Shown here: piece after piece, positions 1-8,400 of the stretch
Layout of the letters: each line of letters begins with the position of its first letter
Position numbering within the stretch: the stretch's first letter is position 1
Assembly: GCA_963749705.1 (NCBI GenBank)
Contig: CAVVNQ010000002.1
Span: forward strand, 224,001-288,000
Length of the DNA stretch: 64,000 nt
Source: an uncultured Chloroflexia bacterium
Lineage (GTDB): Bacteria > Chloroflexota > Limnocylindria > Limnocylindrales > CSP1-4
Direction of reading: 5' to 3'
Program-made: the position numbers and the translations under genes
The notes under the pieces: model-generated
Told to the model about the DNA's origin: nothing
Databases searched by the model: none
The model's input: the letters and a program-made list of their open reading frames with translations, nothing else

Positions 1-1
1 A

Positions 2-1450
2 GTTCCAGTACGGGCCGACGGTGTTCCAGCCGGAGCCACCATTGGTCGTCTCGTAGACCTCCTCGAGGCCCGCGTACACGTGATCCGCATTCTGCGGGTC
101 GACGATCAGGAACTGGTTGTACCAGCTCTGGATGCCCGGGCCGTAGCCCTTGCCGCCGATGCTCTGCTTGAGCGCCGACCCGGAGTTGGCGAGCTTGCGC
201 TGGTCGGCGACCTTGGTCCACGGCCCGGTGATCGAGCCGTTCTTCGAGACGTAGATGCCGTCCAGGTAGCTGTTGACCGTCCCGGTCAGCTTGTTGAGCA
301 GCACCGGTGACTGGTTCATGACGTACAGCTTCGAGCCGTCGGAGGCCCAGGCGAAGCTCGCGTTGCCGATGTCCTTGGGGTTGATCGCCCCGGTCGGGTT
401 GATCTTGACCCAGTCGTTGCCGCTGCCGGCGTCGTGGGTCTCGTAGAAGCCGTTGTACGCGTCGCCGCTGCGCCAGCCGACGGCCGCGATCACGTGGGTC
501 GGGTCGTTGGGGTCGACGGCGATGTCGTTGACGATGTTCTTGTAGGCAGCGTTCGCGTTCGTTGCATCGGCCCCACCGGGCAGGAACGACGGGTTGGGCG
601 CGAACGACCGGGTCCAGGCCCCGCTCGTGTCGGAGGCGCTGTGGTAGTACACGCCGCGGAGGGTGGCGACCCAGGCGAGCCCGTTGCCGCCGAACCGGAT
701 GGCGTTGATGGTCGTGCTCTCGAGCTCATCGCCGCCGACGCGGTCTGCCATCGTGAACTCGCCGCTCGTGGGGTCGGCGAGCCGGTAGACGCCGCTGCCG
801 ACGTAGCTGGTGCCGCCCGTGTTCGCCTCGCCCGTGGCGTACCACAGCGAGCCGTCAGGGGCGAGCTGGAGGTCGCCGGTCGAGAGGGACGGGAGCTTGT
901 CCGCGATCGGGGTCCACTGGCCGCCGCCCGTTGAGGAGCGCCACACGCCGCCGTCGGCGCCGCCCGCGTACACGTGCCCGCTGCCGTCGGCCGCGAGGCC
1001 CGTGATCCGCCCGGTCACCAGGCCCGAGCCGCCGCTGGAGTTGGAGTAGTAGTCCCGGTAGTTGGGATCGTCCGCGTTGTACGGGACGTTCGTGACCTCG
1101 TCCCAGCTTCCGCCGGTGGCGGTGAGCCCGGTCAGATGGCCGTAGGCGTCGGAGTACGCACCGGCATTGACGATGCCCGGCGCGGTGCGCGCCTGGGCGA
1201 ACTGCTCCATTGCGGTCTGGAGCTCGGCTGCCTCGCCGCCCGCTCCGCCGTTGGCGACGCCCTGCGACCCTTCCTGCAGGTCCTTCTCGTCAAGGGCGCC
1301 GAGGAACTCCTCTGCCGCTCGCGGCAGCAACGTCTGGTCCTGGTCCTTCGCATCGCGCGGGGCGGACAGTCGTCCGACCGCCAGAACGCCGGCGACCAGC
1401 ATCACAACGGCGCCGAGCACGAGTGCACGGCGCCGCGTCAACGACATCAT
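2..1450 (-). CDS. Secreted BNR/Asp-box beta-propeller protein, glycosyl hydrolase-like (GH74/VPS10-like); 3' end runs off the window
   Basis: Not in the ORF track because the stop lies outside the window. Manual translation from ATG 1450 (GGAGG SD upstream) gives MMSLTRRRALVLGAVVMLVAGVLAVG (signal peptide). It then has GRITGLAADGSGHVYAGGADGGVWRSSTGGGQW and later VYETTNGGSGW, which are Asp-box-like repeats. Confidence 0.8.
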   Translation of the reverse strand, partial: MMSLTRRRALVLGAVVMLVAGVLAVGRLSAPRDAKDQDQTLLPRAAEEFLGALDEKDLQEGSQGVANGGAGGEAAELQTAMEQFAQARTAPGIVNAGAYSDAYGHLTGLTATGGSWDEVTNVPYNADDPNYRDYYSNSSGGSGLVTGRITGLAADGSGHVYAGGADGGVWRSSTGGGQWTPIADKLPSLSTGDLQLAPDGSLWYATGEANTGGTSYVGSGVYRLADPTSGEFTMADRVGGDELESTTINAIRFGGNGLAWVATLRGVYYHSASDTSGAWTRSFAPNPSFLPGGADATNANAAYKNIVNDIAVDPNDPTHVIAAVGWRSGDAYNGFYETHDAGSGNDWVKINPTGAINPKDIGNASFAWASDGSKLYVMNQSPVLLNKLTGTVNSYLDGIYVSKNGSITGPWTKVADQRKLANSGSALKQSIGGKGYGPGIQSWYNQFLIVDPQNADHVYAGLEEVYETTNGGSGWNTVGPYWN

Positions 1451-1719
1451 TCGATCACTTCCTCCAGTGAATGGGATGTCAGCGGATCTCGGGGATTCCG
1501 CGGTGACCACACCCTACGACATCCGGCCCATGAAGGCAGTCCAAAGGTCATTGCAAGTGTGGAGCCGGAGCACCACGGGTCGTTGCAGATTCATGGTTTG
1601 TGGTGCACACAGGCACCGGCACCGGCGACAAGCCTGCTGACAACCCCTGCCAACGACGACGGACGCCGCCCGGGCATCACCGGCCCGGGCATCACCCCCA
1701 TGCCCGGTACCCTTGGGCG

Positions 1720-3396
1720 ATGCCCGCCGAGTTCATCTACACCACGTACCGGCTCGCCCGACACTATCCGCCGGACCGGACCGTGCTCGAGGACATCTCG
1801 CTGTCGTTCTATCCGGGCGCCAAGATCGGCGTCATCGGTCCCAACGGCGCGGGCAAGTCGAGCCTGCTGCGGATCATGGCCGGCCTCGACGACGGGTTCA
1901 CCGGTGACGCCCGGCTGACGCCGGGGTTCAGCGTTGGTCTTCTCAGCCAGGAGCCGCAGCTCGATCCGGACAAGGACGTCAAGGGCAACGTCCTCGACGG
2001 CGTGCGCGAGGTCCACGGCCTGATCGAGCAGTACAACGCCGTGATGGCCAGGTGGGCCGAGCCGGATGCGGACTACGAGGCCGTCGGAGCCGAGCAGGCC
2101 GCGCTGGAGGACCGGATCAACGCGACGGACGCCTGGAACCTGGAGCGCAACGTCGATATCGCGATGGATGCGCTGCGCTGCCCGCCCGACGACGCCGACG
2201 TCACCACGCTGTCCGGCGGTGAGAAGCGACGTGTCGCGCTGTGCCGCCTGCTGCTCAGCCACCCCGACCTGCTGCTGCTCGATGAGCCGACCAATCACCT
2301 CGACGCCGAATCGGTCGAGTGGCTGGAGCGGTTCCTCCAGGAGTACTCGGGGACCGTGGTCGCGATCACCCATGATCGGTACTTCCTGGACAACGTCGCG
2401 CAGTGGATCCTGGAGCTCGATCGCGGGCGGGGCATCCCGTTCTCGGGCAACTACTCCGGCTGGCTGGAGCAGAAGCTGGCCCGCATGGCTGCCGAGAACC
2501 GGACCGCGGACGCTCGGGCCCGAACGCTGGCACGCGAGCTCGAGTGGGTGCGCATGTCGCCCCGTGCCCGGCAGTCGAAGGGCAAGGCTCGCCTGAGCGC
2601 CTACGAGCAGCTGCTGGCCGAGTCCAACGCGGCGCGGGACACCAGCCGGGAGCTCGAGATCGCGATCCCGCCGGGTCCCCGCCTGGGCGACACCGTGATC
2701 GAGGTCGCCAGCCTGCGCAAGGCCTATGGCGACCGGCTCCTGATCGAGGACCTGACGTTCTCGCTGCCACGTGCCGGGATCGTGGGCATCATCGGGGCCA
2801 ACGGCGCGGGCAAGACCACGCTGTTCCGGATGCTGGTCGGCGAGGAGCCACCGGATGCCGGGAGCATCGAGATCGGCGACACCGTCCAGCTCGCCTACGT
2901 CGACCAGGGCCGCGACGACCTGCACGCGGACCGCACCGTGTTCCAGGAGATCACCGACGGGGTCGAGATCGTCAAGGTCGGCCAGCGCGAGATCCCGGCT
3001 CGTGCCTACGTGTCCAGCTTCAACTTCCGGGGCACGGACCAGCAGAAGATGGTCGGCACGCTGTCCGGCGGCGAGCGCAACCGCGTCCACCTCGCCAAGC
3101 TGCTCCAGGCCGGCGGCAACGTCCTGCTCCTCGACGAGCCGACCAATGACCTCGACGTCGACACGCTGCGCGCCCTCGAGGCGGGCCTCGAGACATTTCC
3201 CGGCTGCGTGGTGGTGATCAGCCATGATCGCTGGTTCCTGGACCGGATCGCGACCCACATCCTTGCCTTCGAGGGGGACAGCCAGGTGCGCTGGTTCGAG
3301 GGCAACGTCTCCGACTACGAGGCGTTCCGCCACAAGGAGCTCGGCACGGCGGCCGACCAGCCACACCGGATCCGGTACAAGCGACTGGCCGGCTGA
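1720..3396 (+). CDS. ettA: Energy-dependent translational throttle protein EttA (ABC-F)
   Basis: MPAEFIYTT...DISLSFYPGAKIGVIGPNGAGKSS. Two ABC domains (LSGGEKRR, LSGGERNR), linker ELEWVRMSPRARQSKGKARL and C-terminus PHRIRYKRL are typical of EttA. Confidence 0.95.
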   Translation: MPAEFIYTTYRLARHYPPDRTVLEDISLSFYPGAKIGVIGPNGAGKSSLLRIMAGLDDGFTGDARLTPGFSVGLLSQEPQLDPDKDVKGNVLDGVREVHGLIEQYNAVMARWAEPDADYEAVGAEQAALEDRINATDAWNLERNVDIAMDALRCPPDDADVTTLSGGEKRRVALCRLLLSHPDLLLLDEPTNHLDAESVEWLERFLQEYSGTVVAITHDRYFLDNVAQWILELDRGRGIPFSGNYSGWLEQKLARMAAENRTADARARTLARELEWVRMSPRARQSKGKARLSAYEQLLAESNAARDTSRELEIAIPPGPRLGDTVIEVASLRKAYGDRLLIEDLTFSLPRAGIVGIIGANGAGKTTLFRMLVGEEPPDAGSIEIGDTVQLAYVDQGRDDLHADRTVFQEITDGVEIVKVGQREIPARAYVSSFNFRGTDQQKMVGTLSGGERNRVHLAKLLQAGGNVLLLDEPTNDLDVDTLRALEAGLETFPGCVVVISHDRWFLDRIATHILAFEGDSQVRWFEGNVSDYEAFRHKELGTAADQPHRIRYKRLAG

Positions 3397-3470
3397 CCGG
3401 CGACGACCGCGATCGGGTGCGAGCATCCGAGGGGGTGGGATCGCCGAGGCCTGCGGAGTATCCTGCGGCC

Positions 3471-4724
3471 ATGAGCGGGCGGGCACGAACCGTTTCCCGG
3501 AGGCCGGCGGCGTCATCGGGCCAGCGTGGCCGTGGTCAGCCGTCCGGCGCGGGCGCCGCGCGCGAGGCCGGCGAGCCGCGGACGGAGCGGATCCTGGATC
3601 TCCAGCGCACCGCGGGCAATGCCGCCGTCGCGCAGATGATCGGCGAGGAGGCGGCTCGCAACCTGCGGGCCGGATCGACCGGCGACGACGTGCGGGAGCT
3701 CCAGTCGACGCTCAACGATCGAAGCGATGTCGCGACGCCGCTCGAGGTCGACGGGATCTTCGGGCCGATCACCGACAAGGCGGTGCGAGAGCTGCAGGCG
3801 GCCAACCCGCCGCTCAAGGTCGATGGGATCGTCGGGCCGCTGACCCGCGGTGTGCTCGCCGAGCCGGGGCCGGCGGACAGCGATGCGCTGGCGCGGAAGG
3901 TGTTCTCGCGCGGTGCGCGCGCATACGATCGCGGCGATTTCGCCCACGCCTACGACTTCTTCATCCGGGCGCACGAACTGTCGCCACGACCCGGCCTGCT
4001 GTTCTCCGCGGGGCAGGCGCTGCGACGGCTCGGCGGCCGGCGTGACGAGGCGATCGCGTGCTACGAGGCCTACCTGGCCACGGGAGGTGGGACACGGCAG
4101 GCCGAAGCCCAGGCACACATCGCCGAGCTCCGCGGTCCCGCGGCGACGGGTGTGGTCGAGGTGGACGATGCCGCCGCCAGACAGGAGTTCGAGCGTGGCG
4201 CAGCGATGTACGACGCGCGCGATTTCGCGCACGCGTACGACCAGTTCACAAAAGCGTGGGAGCTCGCGCACCGCCCAGGCCTCCTGTTCTCGCGGGCGCA
4301 GGCGCTGCGCCGCCTGGGCGGGCGGGACCCGGAGGCGATCTCGCTGTACGAGCAGTACCTCTCGAGCGGCGGCGCCACCCGGATCGAGGAGACGCAGCAG
4401 CACATCAAGGATCTCCGCGGCCCTGCGGCCACGGGGATCGAGGAGGTCGATGACGCCGCGGCGCGGGCGATCTTCGAGAAGGGCGCCGTGTTCTACGACA
4501 AGGGCGATTTCGCCCACGCCTACGACGAGTTCACCCGATCGTGGGAGCTCGCGCATCGACCGGGAATCCAGTTCTCCCGCGCCCAGGCGCTGCGCCGCCT
4601 GGGCGGTCGTCGGGACGAGGCAATCTCGCTCTACGAGGCATACATCGCCAGCGGGGACGCGCGCCGCCAGGAGGAGGCGGCGCAGCACATCAAGGAGCTG
4701 AGGACGCAGGGCGCCGAGCCCTGA
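3471..4724 (+). CDS. Peptidoglycan-binding domain protein with three tandem TPR-like repeats and an N-terminal LQRTAGNAAV motif
   Basis: PG_binding_1-like segment LRAGSTGDDVRELQSTL...VDGIFGPITDKAVRELQ...VDGIVGPLT, followed by three 95-aa helical repeats. TATCCT -10 lies 6 nt before ATG 3471. Confidence 0.8.
   Translation: MSGRARTVSRRPAASSGQRGRGQPSGAGAAREAGEPRTERILDLQRTAGNAAVAQMIGEEAARNLRAGSTGDDVRELQSTLNDRSDVATPLEVDGIFGPITDKAVRELQAANPPLKVDGIVGPLTRGVLAEPGPADSDALARKVFSRGARAYDRGDFAHAYDFFIRAHELSPRPGLLFSAGQALRRLGGRRDEAIACYEAYLATGGGTRQAEAQAHIAELRGPAATGVVEVDDAAARQEFERGAAMYDARDFAHAYDQFTKAWELAHRPGLLFSRAQALRRLGGRDPEAISLYEQYLSSGGATRIEETQQHIKDLRGPAATGIEEVDDAAARAIFEKGAVFYDKGDFAHAYDEFTRSWELAHRPGIQFSRAQALRRLGGRRDEAISLYEAYIASGDARRQEEAAQHIKELRTQGAEP
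3876..4721 (+). repeat. Intragenic triplication with a 285-nt (95-aa) period
   Basis: Units start at about 3876, 4161 and 4446. Each encodes A.R..F..GA..YD..DFAHAYD.F....EL..RPG..FS..QALRRLGGR..EAI..YE.Y...G...R..E...HI..LR. Confidence 0.9.
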
Positions 4725-4760
4725 CCCGGCGATCCGGGCGCGACCGCGCGCTCGATCAGG

Positions 4761-5264
4761 TCAGTGCGGGGCCGGGATGGCTGCGATGTCCGCGGCGATC
4801 GTCGCCGCCCAGGCACGGATCGCCTCCCAGTCCCGGAAGTCGCCGATCGGGTGCGTCTGGAGGACCTGCGGGTCGACGTCGGCGTCGGGGAGCAGGCGTC
4901 CGCCGAAGGTGCGGTGGTCACGGGCGCCGATGGGATCGGTCGTCAGGGATACCGCCGGGGTGACCGGGAGCCGTCCCCAGTCCGCCGAGCGGTCGAGCGG
5001 ACCGCTGCTGAACAGCCATACCGGCCGGGCCTGGAGCGCCGCCAGCTGATGGACCACGAACTGGTTCGCCTCCCGCTGCCAGTGGGCGGCGTAGAGCGCG
5101 CTGCCCAGGATCACCGCGTCGTACGGCTCGAGGTCGTGGACGGTGCCGGCCGCCGCGACGTCGACCTCGAGCCCGCCGGCGCGGACGACTCGACCGATCT
5201 CGTGGGCGATCTCAGCGGTTGAGCCCAGCTTGCTGGCATAGGCGACGAGGACACGGGCAGGCAT
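4761..5264 (-). CDS. Flavodoxin-domain protein (HemG/Flavodoxin_5-like)
   Basis: MPARVLVAYASKLGSTAEIA (FMN loop), YDAVILGSALY, PVWLFSSGPL, GDFRDWEAIRAWA. AAGGA SD upstream. Confidence 0.88.
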   Translation of the reverse strand: MPARVLVAYASKLGSTAEIAHEIGRVVRAGGLEVDVAAAGTVHDLEPYDAVILGSALYAAHWQREANQFVVHQLAALQARPVWLFSSGPLDRSADWGRLPVTPAVSLTTDPIGARDHRTFGGRLLPDADVDPQVLQTHPIGDFRDWEAIRAWAATIAADIAAIPAPH

Positions 5265-5360
5265 CTGATCCTTGATCCAGGAGTGCGGCGATCCCCGGCG
5301 GCCGCTGTACGCATCTTGCCGCATTCGCGGCCCCCGGTGCGTGGCGTGCGCGCCGGACAG

Positions 5361-5394
5361 CAGGGAGCCGGCGGGGGGACGCCCGCCGGCCCTG
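5361..5394 (-). terminator. GC-rich hairpin downstream of the DoxX gene
   Basis: GCCGGCGGG...CCCGCCGGC inverted repeat between doxX and the flavodoxin gene. No U-tract. Confidence 0.35.
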
Positions 5395-5426
5395 GTGATG
5401 CGACTCCCGCGCGGCGCGGGGTTGGG

Positions 5427-5979
5427 TCAGGCGCTGACCGGCGCCGGCTCGCCCGACATCAGAAGGTCGCGCACCGGTGACCCGACGCGAGACCCGACGA
5501 CTGCGTCGAGACCGTAGTACTTGCCGGCGCCAAGGCCGGTGATCGTCGCGCAGATGAGCGCGTAGGTGAGGTGCTGGTTGACGATGCCGTAGGCGAAGTC
5601 CCAGGCGGCAAGGAAGAAGAACAGCATCATCAGGGTGCCCATCGCGCCGGCGAAGCGGGTGAACAGGCCGAGGATCAGCGCGACGCCGATCCCGATCTCG
5701 CCGGCCACCACGAGGACGTTGATCACCGACATCAGGCCGGGATTGTCGGCCAGGCTGGCCCAGAAGCCGTGGCGTGGGATTGAACACGGTGCCCTCGGCG
5801 ACGTCACCGGAGACGAACGGCCATCCGAGCGTGCCGTTGGTTGCGAACTTGAGGAAGCCACTCGCGTCAAACGCCTTGGCGGCGGTCAGCTTCTCGAGCC
5901 CTGCCCACAGGAAGATGATCCCGACCAGGACGCGCAACAGCGCGATCCCGATCATGTGGATCCGGTTCGTGATTTGCAT
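5427..5979 (-). CDS. DoxX/DoxD (TQO small subunit-like) membrane protein; apparent +1 frameshift near 5772
   Basis: The N-half (MQITNRIHMIGIALLRVLVGIIFLWAGLEKL...VFNPT) and C-half (HGFWASLA...GEIGIGVALILGLFTRFA...GAGKYYGLD) are in adjacent frames. Removing one C from AATCCCACGCCACGGC restores NPTHGFW. SD GGAGG. Confidence 0.8.
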
Positions 5980-6179
5980 GGGACGCTTACCTCCTGCAAC
6001 CCTTCCGTCCGGTGATGGTTCGCCGGCGGCCCTCAATGCGGGGTTGTCTTGATGTAGTCAGCCTGCACCGGGTGCAACCATTGTGCTGTGGGCCGAGTGG
6101 CCTGTACAGCGCGTGACTTTGGGAGGTCAACGTTGGCCGGTTGGACCGGGCCGGATCGTGCGGCGCCGCAGCGGTGACG

Positions 6180-6968
6180 ATGCCGCGGGAGCAGCGGGGC
6201 CCTGGGACCCATGCAGTCGCCGGCGGCCCGGTCGCCCGCCTCGTCCGCTGGCTCTCGGCAGGTCCGACCTACCCGGCGGATGACGGTGACCGGCGGGTCG
6301 TCAGCATCCTCGGCCTGGAGCTGCCGGTCCGCGCCACGGTCGCCATCGTTGCCGTCGCGTTGCTGCTGTTGCTCGAGCAGTACGGCCAACTCAACGCCGT
6401 TGCCGAGGCGGTCGTCGGTGCCGGGGGATCCTCGGGCGCCGATCGCCAGCGCCTCCAGTCGATCGAGCGGCTGATCACGCAGGGCGCGATCCCGCTCGCC
6501 CTGGTGATCCTCGTGATGCGGGACCGGCCGTCCCGGTACGGGCTCCGGCTGGGCGATGTCCGGGCGGGGGTGGCGGTGGCCCTGGCCGGGTGCGTCGTGA
6601 TGAGTGGCGTGGTGCTGGTGACGGGGCGGTTCCCGGCGTTCGTCAGCTACTACGGGTCGCAGGGCGCGCCAGCGCCGGACGTGTTCCTGACCAGCGCGCT
6701 CGAGGTCATCCCGGCGGAGTTCTTCTTCCGAGGCTTCCTGTTGTTCGCGCTGCTCCGGGTGATGGGACCGGTCGCGGTCGTGGTCGCAACCGTGCCGTTC
6801 GCGTTTGCCCATCTGGGCAAACCCGAGATCGAGACGCTGAGCACGCTGGGCGGCGGGTTCCTGTACGGATGGCTGGACTGGCGCACCGGGTCCGTCGTGT
6901 GGAGCGGGCTTGCCCACACCTGGATCCTCGGGTTCCTGGTCATCGTCGCGTCCTCGGCAGGCGGATAG
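6180..6968 (+). CDS. CPBP (CAAX protease-like/Abi) intramembrane glutamic endopeptidase
   Basis: AEFFFRGFL, PFAFAHLGKP and GSVVWSGLAHTW motifs, plus multiple TM segments. Confidence 0.88.
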   Translation: MPREQRGPGTHAVAGGPVARLVRWLSAGPTYPADDGDRRVVSILGLELPVRATVAIVAVALLLLLEQYGQLNAVAEAVVGAGGSSGADRQRLQSIERLITQGAIPLALVILVMRDRPSRYGLRLGDVRAGVAVALAGCVVMSGVVLVTGRFPAFVSYYGSQGAPAPDVFLTSALEVIPAEFFFRGFLLFALLRVMGPVAVVVATVPFAFAHLGKPEIETLSTLGGGFLYGWLDWRTGSVVWSGLAHTWILGFLVIVASSAGG

Positions 6969-7004
6969 CCGGCGACGATCCCGGCCCGGCCGTATCCTCG
7001 CGTG

Positions 7005-8024
7005 ATGCCTCGAGACGTCGCGCCCCAGCCGGTCATCGACCTTGCGGAGGCGCGTGCCGCGGCTCGCCGGGCGCGGGACTGGCCGTTGGCCGACCGGCTC
7101 AAGGCCGACATCGAGGATGCCGGCTGGAAGGTGATCGACTCGGGCACGATGTACGACCTCGAGCGTGCCGCGGCGCCCGATGTCAGCGTGGACGGGATCG
7201 TTCGCCACGGGTCGAGCGCCACCGTGCCGTCGCGCCTGGCCGAGGCGCCGGTCGGAACCGCGTCGATCATCCTGGTCGCCAGCGACCGACCCGATGACCT
7301 GGCCCGCGCGATCCGCCAGCTGGTCGATCACGCGCCGGACGGGACGCAGATCGTCGTCGTCGCAAACGCGCCGTCGGCGGCGCAGGCGAGCGGGCTCGCG
7401 AGCCTTGACGCGATCGATCCCGGTGCCCCCGGCGTCATCACCGACGTGGTCTGGACCAGCGCCCGCCTGGGTCATGCGGCGGCCCTCAATGTCGGGATCC
7501 GCCGCACCGTGGCGCCGGTCGTGGTCGTGCTGGGCTCCGAGGTCGAGGTGGCCGGCGACGTGGTCACGCCGTTGGTGACGGCGCTCGAGGATCCCGGGGT
7601 CGCGGTCGCGGGGCCGTTCGGGCTCGTCTCAAGCAACCTGAGCCGGTTCGATCCCGCGCCCGACGGCGCGGTCGACGTGGACGCCATCGACGGCGCCCTG
7701 CAGGCGTTCCGACGCGCCGACTACGTGGAGCGCGGGCCGCTCGACGAGCGCTTCGTCACCGCCCCCAGCCTGGACGTCTGGTGGAGCCTCGTGCTCCGGG
7801 ACGGCGACGCTGACCCCGGTCTCGGTGCCGACCCAGGAGGCGATGCCGACACGCCGCCGGTCCACCGTCGCGCGGTCGTGGTCTCCGACCTGCCGGTCCG
7901 CCGGATCGAGCCGCCGGTCACGGGCGGCGATACGGACGCAGCGGCGCGCTCGGCCAGGCGCAACCAGTACCGGGTGCTCAAGCGGTTCGCGGCGCGGCGG
8001 GACCTCCTCGTCACTCACGGCTGA
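7005..8024 (+). CDS. GT2-fold protein with an N-terminal CysRS C-terminal-like helical domain
   Basis: N-terminus LAEARAAARRARDWPLADRLKADIEDAGWKVIDS resembles the CysRS anticodon-binding C-terminus. It is followed by a GT-A-like core (ASIILVA, IVVVAN, LGHAAALNVG, DVDAIDG, GPLDERF). Confidence 0.72.
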   Translation: MPRDVAPQPVIDLAEARAAARRARDWPLADRLKADIEDAGWKVIDSGTMYDLERAAAPDVSVDGIVRHGSSATVPSRLAEAPVGTASIILVASDRPDDLARAIRQLVDHAPDGTQIVVVANAPSAAQASGLASLDAIDPGAPGVITDVVWTSARLGHAAALNVGIRRTVAPVVVVLGSEVEVAGDVVTPLVTALEDPGVAVAGPFGLVSSNLSRFDPAPDGAVDVDAIDGALQAFRRADYVERGPLDERFVTAPSLDVWWSLVLRDGDADPGLGADPGGDADTPPVHRRAVVVSDLPVRRIEPPVTGGDTDAAARSARRNQYRVLKRFAARRDLLVTHG

Positions 8025-8238
8025 CCGAAATGCGGGCCGGTCGACGCCGCTCCGCCAGGTGTGTACCGAGCCTGGCCGCGAGATTCTTCATTACAACCCC
8101 ATAACGAAACGGCGCCCGGGTCGTTTAGAGAACAGAGGCCTCGCGGATAACATCGTTCCCCCGGCGGTGTGGCACGGCGAGGCCTCATTTCCTGCCCGTC
8201 GCACGGGCCTTCGGCCGTTCCGCCTCTATACTCCGGCC

Positions 8239-8400
8239 GTGCGTCGCTGGGTCTGCATCGTGGCCATGCTTGTCGGGTTCTCCGGTGACAGCTATGCGTG
8301 GACGGTCCGTCCCCGGATCCCGGTGCCGATCGAGCGACTCCTTGATCCCGGCGGTGCCGACGCGGACCTGCCGGAAGGCCCGTGGTGGAGGCTGACCTGA
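8239..8400 (+). CDS. Putative leaderless small protein (53 aa), MRRWVCIVAMLVGFSGDSYAWTVRPRIPVPIERLLDPGGADADLPEGPWWRLT
   Basis: GTG 8239 lies 6 nt after TATACT (8227-8232), and the 3' end overlaps the start of the SBP gene. Confidence 0.5.
   Translation: MRRWVCIVAMLVGFSGDSYAWTVRPRIPVPIERLLDPGGADADLPEGPWWRLT

Noticed and set aside
1591-3516. Long antisense or alternative-frame ORFs in the track (for example 1591-3516, 26623-29292, 30573-32735, 33308-35821, 55748-57472)
   Set aside because: Shadow ORFs of real genes, expected when stop codons are rare at this GC content. The translations carry no recognisable motifs.
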